The notes under the pieces: generated by a model | The model's input: only the letters and a program-made list of their open reading frames with translations | Told to the model about the DNA's origin: nothing | Database searches by the model: none | Origin: Bradymonadales bacterium | GTDB taxonomy: Bacteria > Bdellovibrionota > UBA2394 | Reading direction: 5' to 3' | Length of the DNA: 42,804 nucleotides | NCBI GenBank assembly: GCA_007693605.1 | Contig: REDG01000042.1 | Coordinates: 1 to 42,804 of the forward strand | Program-made: the position numbers and the translations under genes | Shown: positions 36,769 through 42,804 of the stretch, piece by piece | How the letters are laid out: every line of letters starts with the position of its first letter | Position numbering within the stretch: position 1 is the first letter of the stretch

Positions 36769-37926
36769 TTTGAAGAAAACTCTGTTGAAGACCAGGCACT
36801 TCCCTTGAATCTACAAAAACTAGCCTCAAAAGACCTGCTTCTCTATACGCAAAAACTCGCGGCCTCAGAGAGAAAAATCTATGCCGCCGTGATTGAAGCC
36901 CTGGAAGAGATCGAAAGGCGAAAGCTCTATCTTGCCAAGGGCTACTCTTCTCTTTTTCTGTTTTGCACAGAAGTCTTAAAGTATTCCGCCGGAGCGGCAC
37001 AAAGAAGAATTGAGAGCATGCGGCTGATTAAGAATTTCCCGAGGGCTCAGAAGACAGAAGTTAAGACTAAACTCCAGAAGGGAAGCCTCTCTCTTTCTCA
37101 TCTCAGTCAGGTCTCTAAGGCCCTTCGGTCTCTCCCGCCCCAGAGCTGTCATGAAAAAATGCAGCTACTGTCTCGGATTGAAAACACGACTCAAAGGGAG
37201 TGTGAGCGAAAACTGATTGAAGCCGGGGTGCCAGAGATCAAAAAGCGAGAAGATTTTCGAGTGGTCTCAGAGTCCAGTTATCGCCTATCGGTCACGGTGG
37301 ATGAAGAAACCAAGGTGCTTTTGGAGAAATTCATGGCGTTAACCGCTCATCAAAACCCTTGGGGCAGTAAAGAAAGAGCCATAAAGATCGCCTTAGATTT
37401 GGCTCTTCGAGAAGTGGAGAAGAGGAAGTTTGGAGTGAGGGGGGAGAAGTCTGGAGATTCAACGAAAGAAGACTTTCAAGCAAGGGCTGGGGAAGGAGCG
37501 TTGAGAGAAACGGGCAGCTCTTCAGGGGCGAGTGCCTCGGTGGAAGTAAAATCGAGTATTTCTGAGAAGGGGAAAACTTGGGGCATCAAATCTGAGAATC
37601 TGGAGAGCAGTCGGGTGCAGGCTGCTTCCGCTACGGAATTTGTTTCAGCCGCTGGCGGCGAAGGGGTGAAACTTGGGACTAAAGGGAAGCGAAGTCGGCA
37701 TATTCCAAAATCTGTGCGAGCGGAGGTGTGGAAGAGAGATGCTGGGGCTTGTGTTTTTGTGGAGCCAAGGACGGGAAGGCCCTGTGGTTCGAGCTTTGGG
37801 CTGGAGTGGGATCATATATTGGAGTTTTCGAGAGGGGGAGAGTCGAGCGAAGGAAATCTTCGGCTGCTTTGTCGGCAGCACAATAATCGACGGAGTTGCT
37901 GGGAGAGGGAGCCGCCAGAGCTATAG
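36742..37926 (+). CDS. HNH endonuclease with DUF222-like helical N-terminal region (copy 2)
   Basis: Same architecture as copy 1, with closely similar N-terminal and HNH domains and a largely unrelated linker. Confidence 0.88.
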   Translation: MLKPMKDMNFEENSVEDQALPLNLQKLASKDLLLYTQKLAASERKIYAAVIEALEEIERRKLYLAKGYSSLFLFCTEVLKYSAGAAQRRIESMRLIKNFPRAQKTEVKTKLQKGSLSLSHLSQVSKALRSLPPQSCHEKMQLLSRIENTTQRECERKLIEAGVPEIKKREDFRVVSESSYRLSVTVDEETKVLLEKFMALTAHQNPWGSKERAIKIALDLALREVEKRKFGVRGEKSGDSTKEDFQARAGEGALRETGSSSGASASVEVKSSISEKGKTWGIKSENLESSRVQAASATEFVSAAGGEGVKLGTKGKRSRHIPKSVRAEVWKRDAGACVFVEPRTGRPCGSSFGLEWDHILEFSRGGESSEGNLRLLCRQHNNRRSCWEREPPEL

Positions 37927-38051
37927 GACGAGCCCCATGCCCGATCTCTGGCTTGTGAGGGAGGTTGAGAAGAGGGCCGGCTTTGTGCGAGTCGAAAGGG
38001 TTTGGGTTATTTGAGCTTGATTTTGGGGGATTGTGGCCAAAGTCTGGGTTC

Positions 38052-38169
38052 GGGAGTGGGAATAGGGGTCCAGATGCGCGAAGGCAAGAAACGAAGCAGC
38101 CATTCTCAAACCATGTCGACCGAAGGTCGACCTGAAACGAGGGGCAGATGGGCCTTTAGCGACACTCCC
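38052..38169 (+). mobile_element. MITE/REP-like intergenic element, third copy with different interior
   Basis: GGGAGTGGGAATAGGGGTCCAGATGC...GCAGATGGGCCTTTAGCGACACTCCC; internal hairpin GTCGACC-GAA-GGTCGAC. Confidence 0.75.
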
Positions 38170-38203
38170 TTTGGGCTTAATTTTTGCGGGGTGGGGCGTA
38201 AAA

Positions 38204-38260
38204 CTGACAAAAAGTGTCGATGAGGGTCAAAGTTTGGCTTTTTGCGTCAAAATTTGTCAC
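38204..38260. promoter_or_regulatory. Candidate enhancer (PilR-type activator) sites upstream of the pilin promoter
   Basis: Repeated (T)GAC/GTC-AAAA elements (TGACAAAAAGTGTC, GTCAAAGTTTGGC, GTCAAAATTTGTCA) about 90-145 bp upstream of the sigma54 motif. Confidence 0.4.
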
Positions 38261-38347
38261 TAAAAGTGGTTGGGTTTATCTGGCGAAAATTTAGAATAGT
38301 AGAGGGAATCGGAGCACTTAGAGCAAGTAGAGGCTGGGGCGAAAGCT

Positions 38348-38364
38348 TTGGCACAACTTCTGCT
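38348..38364 (+). promoter_or_regulatory. Sigma54 (-24/-12) promoter of the pilin gene
   Basis: TTGGCACAACTTCTGCT: GG-N10-GC with TGGCAC. Confidence 0.8.
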
Positions 38365-38481
38365 TTCTTTGGGAGTGTCTGAGTCGGATGGGAGAGTTCT
38401 CATTCGATATTGAAACAAAAATATCAATAACGAAGAGAACTCGTTTTTGAGAGAAAACAGTCTGAGTGGAGGAATCGTTTA

Positions 38482-39087
38482 ATGAAATTAAAAAACAAAA
38501 AAGGCTTTACCTTGATCGAGCTGATGATCGTTGTCGCGATTATCGGTATTCTTGCGGCGGTCGCAATCCCCGCATTCTTAAATTATATTGCACGAAGTAA
38601 AACAGCTGAAACTAGTCTGATGTTGAAGAATGTCGCGGAGTCGAATGTGGGCTTTTTTACACGGCCCAGAATTGACCCTGATGAAGGTACTGAACTGGAG
38701 TCCTGTTTTCTAACTGTAGATGCTGAACCGCGAGGAGGTGGGCCTGGACGAAACCGACGGCCTTGGGGTGGCAACGAGCACTTCAACTACCTTGGAGTTT
38801 CGTCTGCAAGTCCTGTTTACTTTTCCTATGGGGTTGCCCAAACTGATGCGGCTTTGGAATACAACGATGAAAACTGGGACTACGCCAGTGTAACGGACGG
38901 ACCCGGTGCTTGCGACGATGTTGTGGGAGAGCCGGAAGGTGAGGGTTCTGGAATTGCAGCCGCCGCTTATGCCACAGGAAACCTCAAGGGAGGTGGTGAG
39001 GCTTACTCTCTATTCCTGAGACATTTGCGTGTTACAAACGGTCTTCCCTCTGCTGACGGCGTCATTGTCTACGGAGAGCTAAACTAA
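38482..39087 (+). CDS. pilA: Type IV pilin (likely major pilin)
   Basis: Prepilin site [25 protein letters not shown] with E5; SD GGAGG; own sigma54 promoter and terminator. Confidence 0.92.
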   Translation: MKLKNKKGFTLIELMIVVAIIGILAAVAIPAFLNYIARSKTAETSLMLKNVAESNVGFFTRPRIDPDEGTELESCFLTVDAEPRGGGPGRNRRPWGGNEHFNYLGVSSASPVYFSYGVAQTDAALEYNDENWDYASVTDGPGACDDVVGEPEGEGSGIAAAAYATGNLKGGGEAYSLFLRHLRVTNGLPSADGVIVYGELN

Positions 39088-39116
39088 GACCTAAAGAGAT
39101 CTTAACTTCAATTCTT

Positions 39117-39147
39117 AAAACCCCCCGCCAATGGCGGGGGGTTTTTT
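39117..39147 (+). terminator. Rho-independent terminator (likely bidirectional)
   Basis: AAAA-CCCCCCGCC-AAT-GGCGGGGGG-TTTTTT. Confidence 0.92.
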
Positions 39148-39231
39148 ATGGGCTCCAGCCTATATGTAGTAGGATGCTATCTATAGTTCAGGCAGCCGTC
39201 CGAAAGTGTGGGATCAAAACGGCAAGACTGC

Positions 39232-41118
39232 CTAGTGCGCCTTGCTCCAAAGCCTGAAGTGAGAGAATTGGGGGTGGTCTTGAGTGACGGCTTCGAGCAG
39301 GGGCTTGAAGCTCGAGTCAGAGAAATCGTCTTGACCGAACAAGAGTCGAAGCCATGCGAAATCTTCGAGTAGGCGATCCAATCGAAACTGGGCGGCCCCG
39401 GCCTCCCCTTCTTTGAAACGATAAGTTGAGGTGTCTAGACCTCTGGCGTCTAGCATGGCTAGAAACAGTGGCACTTCGTCGGCCAACCAAACTCCGCGCA
39501 CTCGCAGCTCTAAGATGGCAGTCTCGAGCTCTTCCGCCTCTCGAATCCGTCGTAAGTCTTGGTCTCGCCTCATCGCGCCTGCATGGAAATACGAATTAGA
39601 GATCACTCCGTATCCGGTCAGATACTGAATCGCATGCCCCCAATTGGTTGGCACCCAAAATGCCTCCTCTACTTGCTCTGGCTCCCCGAGTCGCGTCCAA
39701 GCCTCTTCGGCTGAAATCTCCCAGGCCTGAAGACTGCCCTCCAGCAGTGCGAAGTCTTGGCGCCTGACAAAATCCCAGCCTGTGGGATAACCTCCATGAA
39801 TCACCGGCAGAAATAAAAGCCCAAGCCAACACGCCTTTAAAGACAGCTGAAGTCTCCGATCCAAAAACTTCCCAGTCTCTAACAAAAACCTTAAGAGCCA
39901 AAAGGAAGCCAAAACAAAACTGAAGAAAAAAAGCGCGCTGAATCTCTTTTGAGCGATACCCGGAATCAGCAAAAGAGCAAAATAGATCCAGAAGGCCTGC
40001 TCCATCAGAGACCAGCGCCGAAAATAAACAAATGCCAGAGGCAGTAAGGGCAGCAAAAACAAAAGGGGACCAAAGTTCGACCAGATAAAGCCAAGACCAA
40101 ATTGATCGAAATGATAAAAGATCGGCGAAGCCTCCCCCACAAACTGAAGCACCCCCCGGCCTGAGAAAACATAATTCAAGGCTCTCTCAAAAGAGGCGCC
40201 CAGCATCGGCCAAAAGGCCCAAACTCCCACTCCCAACAAGATGAAAAAAACAAGTCGCGTTCGCCCAAAACCTGGCATGAGCGCCAGCAATATCAGACTA
40301 AGCCCCGCCAAGCTGCCAAGATGAAAAAATGAGGGCTGCAAAATACTGATCGCCTCTTGGTTCGCCCAAAAGACTCGTAGACCGGCGATCAAAAAAACGC
40401 CCGCACAAAGCCCTGCACTGGCCCAGATAAAGGGCGCCCGGTGTTTCTCTGAAAATGAAAGCCAAGCCGTGCTCAACAAATAGGCCCCCAGCACAAAAAG
40501 CAAAGAACTCGAAAAAAGGAGGCCGAAGCTCAAGCCAAAAGCTCCCAAAGCCAGCGCTCGAAACGACAAATCTCCCTTGGCCTGTTTCAGCACAAGCCAC
40601 AGAGCGAAGAGGCTCCACAGAATCTCCATATGATGATGATCAACCTGACCCAAGGCGCTATAGCGCACCAATAAAGGGCTTAAACCAGTAACCCAGGCCA
40701 CGGCTTTGGCCATCCAGGCCTCTTCAAAAAACAACTTGGCGATATGATAGGCCAGAATCACGGTAACAACTCCGATGAAGACCGTGATCAGACTCGCCCC
40801 CCACTCAAGCGCATGATAGTCAGAGACGCCAAAGATTTTCAAAGGAATGCCATACAAGAAAAGCATGCCCTCGGGCCAATCGACCGGACCGCCGGTCGGC
40901 CAATCGGCAGTCGGATCAAAACGCATAATTTCAGGAAAGTTTTGAAGAAAGTGCGCAAGTCTTCTTAGATGATAGTAACTGTCCGCATCGTAAAAGGATA
41001 AATGCCCTGAAAGACCCGTGGTGACAAAAGACCAATTGCTAAGCCTCGCCCAAAGAGAAGCCCCTAAAACCGAGAACCAAAAGAAAGCCGAGGAAGCAAA
41101 AAGTTTCTGGCAACGCAA
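39232..41118 (-). CDS. STT3/AglB-like oligosaccharyltransferase (GT-C fold)
   Basis: FYDADSYYHLRR, D-H-H motif, FVGEASP, QKRF, many TM helices; PTNWGH in place of WWDYG. Confidence 0.78.
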   Translation of the reverse strand: MRCQKLFASSAFFWFSVLGASLWARLSNWSFVTTGLSGHLSFYDADSYYHLRRLAHFLQNFPEIMRFDPTADWPTGGPVDWPEGMLFLYGIPLKIFGVSDYHALEWGASLITVFIGVVTVILAYHIAKLFFEEAWMAKAVAWVTGLSPLLVRYSALGQVDHHHMEILWSLFALWLVLKQAKGDLSFRALALGAFGLSFGLLFSSSLLFVLGAYLLSTAWLSFSEKHRAPFIWASAGLCAGVFLIAGLRVFWANQEAISILQPSFFHLGSLAGLSLILLALMPGFGRTRLVFFILLGVGVWAFWPMLGASFERALNYVFSGRGVLQFVGEASPIFYHFDQFGLGFIWSNFGPLLFLLPLLPLAFVYFRRWSLMEQAFWIYFALLLIPGIAQKRFSALFFFSFVLASFWLLRFLLETGKFLDRRLQLSLKACWLGLLFLPVIHGGYPTGWDFVRRQDFALLEGSLQAWEISAEEAWTRLGEPEQVEEAFWVPTNWGHAIQYLTGYGVISNSYFHAGAMRRDQDLRRIREAEELETAILELRVRGVWLADEVPLFLAMLDARGLDTSTYRFKEGEAGAAQFRLDRLLEDFAWLRLLFGQDDFSDSSFKPLLEAVTQDHPQFSHFRLWSKAH

Positions 41119-41187
41119 ATCAGCTTCCCCAAGATTTAAAAGACTCGGCCCGTTGAAAAAGCTCTACTGAAATGGAACCTTTCATTT

Positions 41188-42252
41188 TTAAGTCGACTCC
41201 CGAGAGGCCTTCGAAAGCAAAATCGAGACAAAGAAGGAGGAAAAAAAGATCTGAATGCCGAGGGCAACGAGTGCAAAGCCTAAGATCAAACTTCTGAGAT
41301 CAACTCCCTGCAAAACCAGAACACCAGCCCCAAAAACGCCGAGGCTGCCTAGAATGCCGTATTCTAACCGAAAGCTTTCAATGAAGCGGGCAAATCCACG
41401 GTCCACCAAAAAGGAGTCCGACACCCAAAGAAAGGTTTTCGCCATCAGCCCGAAGCTCAAGACCTGAAACGAACTGATCAAAACAAAACTTCCCATCACT
41501 TGATAGCCAAATCGAGGCGACCAGAAGCACCAAGCACTCACAGCGAGGCCCAACAAGGCGGGCAAGACGAAAAGAGAGAAAGGGGCGCAATAGAGAATAA
41601 ACCGCAGGTGTCGCCAGCCGTCTCGAAAGGTTCGAAGCTTGGCGACGCCACCGCCTCTTTTACGAAGTTTGATAGGGGCTTCGACAAACTTCAGACCTGC
41701 CTTCTGAGCATGAATCACCATCTCGCTCGCAAACTCCATCCCAGGAGAGCGCAAATTCATTTTTTCTAGACAGGACTTCTTAAAAGCCCGAAGCCCGCAA
41801 TTGATATCACTTAGCCGAGTGCCAAAGATCAGATTGAGAAAGCCCGTCAAAAGTGGAGTGCCAAATTTTTGATGGAGCCAGGGCATCGCTCCCTTTTCAA
41901 TTTTTCCTCTTAAGCGACTGCCAATCGCAAAATCGGCGTCTTCTTCTCGAAGTTTTTCGACTAAACGCTTGGCGTCATGAAAGTCATAGCTTAGGTCAGC
42001 ATCTCCCATAATTAAGATGTCGGCTTGAGCCTCTTGAAAACCCCTGAGAATCGCCGAGCCATAGCCTCGACGCCGCTCTTGAATCACTTTCGCTCCGGCG
42101 GCTTTGGCCAACTCAAAAGACCGGTCGGTCGAGCCGTTGTCGACGACAATGATTTCATCAGATTCTGAAGGAAAAGCCTCTCTGGCCTCACGAACACAGG
42201 CCTCAATCGTCTCTTCTTCATTTAAACAAGGAATGACCACACTTACAGACAT
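41188..42252 (-). CDS. Family 2 glycosyltransferase (polyprenol-phosphate sugar synthase-like) with C-terminal TM helices
   Basis: SVVIPCLNEE, VVDNGSTD, RGYG, GDADLSY, DINCGLRAF, FRDGWRHL. Confidence 0.92.
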   Translation of the reverse strand: MSVSVVIPCLNEEETIEACVREAREAFPSESDEIIVVDNGSTDRSFELAKAAGAKVIQERRRGYGSAILRGFQEAQADILIMGDADLSYDFHDAKRLVEKLREEDADFAIGSRLRGKIEKGAMPWLHQKFGTPLLTGFLNLIFGTRLSDINCGLRAFKKSCLEKMNLRSPGMEFASEMVIHAQKAGLKFVEAPIKLRKRGGGVAKLRTFRDGWRHLRFILYCAPFSLFVLPALLGLAVSAWCFWSPRFGYQVMGSFVLISSFQVLSFGLMAKTFLWVSDSFLVDRGFARFIESFRLEYGILGSLGVFGAGVLVLQGVDLRSLILGFALVALGIQIFFSSFFVSILLSKASREST

Positions 42253-42280
42253 GAGAACCTATTATAGTCAGTTGTCCCCC

Positions 42281-42481
42281 CTAAGACTCAAGGCGAATCT
42301 CTGATTTTGGGACTGGAGCCGCATGTGAATAGAGCTGAGGATCCACTTGTCTGCTTTGAATCGACAGTGAAGCGATCATCTGCTTCCGGAGTCTTGGCAC
42401 ATCAATTCCCTCTTTTTCACTAATCGCTCGAAGATTTTGATCGAGCGCAGATAGAAAAGCGGCTGGCGTTTTATATCTCAT
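42281..42481 (-). pseudogene. Truncated AbiEii-like (type IV TA) nucleotidyltransferase toxin
   Basis: MRYKTPAAFLSALDQNL...GIDVPRLRKQ resembles the N-terminus of such toxins; ATGA-coupled to the upstream antitoxin; resemblance ends after ~35 aa. Confidence 0.55.
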
Positions 42482-42804
42482 GAAAAACTCCAATTCATTT
42501 TTTCAAGTTGCGACCAAAGCTTCGACTTTTTCAATTCTGACCGAGAGATAAGGCCCCGATGAAGGGCCTCTCGGATAGCCTGGTCGAGAAGCTCACTGTC
42601 TGGAACTTCCAACTCCGAATGAACAAGATCGAAAAGAGTTCTCAAGGGCGTGGTTACCTTAAAGCCTCTCATCGCCCGAGCCTCATCTGGCGAAAGATCC
42701 TTTTGATGGAGAACAAGTGGCTTTGGAATGAGAGTTCGTCGCCTGAAGCCTTTTGGAACGATCATGTGAATTTTAGAGGGCATGGCATCAGAAAGCTCGT
42801 AGAT
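42478..42804 (-). CDS. AbiEi-like type IV TA antitoxin, C-terminal part (runs off the window)
   Basis: PSKIHMIVPKGFRR...GFKVTTPLRTLFDL...QAIREALHRGLI; the frame is open to the window edge. Confidence 0.7.
   Translation of the reverse strand: MYELSDAMPSKIHMIVPKGFRRRTLIPKPLVLHQKDLSPDEARAMRGFKVTTPLRTLFDLVHSELEVPDSELLDQAIREALHRGLISRSELKKSKLWSQLEKMNWSFS

Overview
Bacterial chromosomal DNA. The gene content suggests a predatory or deltaproteobacteria-like lineage such as Bdellovibrionota or a Myxococcota relative; this is an inference and the sequence does not prove it. Recognisable genes: RluA-type pseudouridine synthase, 2Fe-2S ferredoxin, acyl-CoA thioesterase, zinc-ribbon/TPR protein, NagZ-like GH3, peptidase C26, ilvA, an atypical Hsp70 with a J-domain partner, a lexA/imuA-imuB-dnaE2 cassette with divergent lexA, infA, hisS, glutamine synthetase III, prfC, a DsbD-family reductase, an AAA/DUF4143 ATPase, a sigma54-driven type IV pilin beside an STT3-like transferase and a GT2, and a broken AbiE-type toxin-antitoxin pair. 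Most notable observations: (1) Two dispersed HNH endonuclease genes each carry an ungapped, conserved 173-nt leader that appears structured, plus recurring palindromes, one with its core in opposite orientation between copies. This is a candidate RNA-associated mobile nuclease element. (2) Four unrelated exported orphan proteins share a C-terminal C-[TR]-x2-hydrophobic-x2-hydrophobic motif, a candidate sorting signal. (3) A 22-bp palindrome holds both start codons and both likely -10 boxes of lexA and imuA. (4) A three-copy MITE-like repeat. (5) An STT3-like enzyme lacking WWDYG lies next to a pilin with no N-glycosylation sequon. All calls come from motif recognition and hand alignment; no database searches were run.
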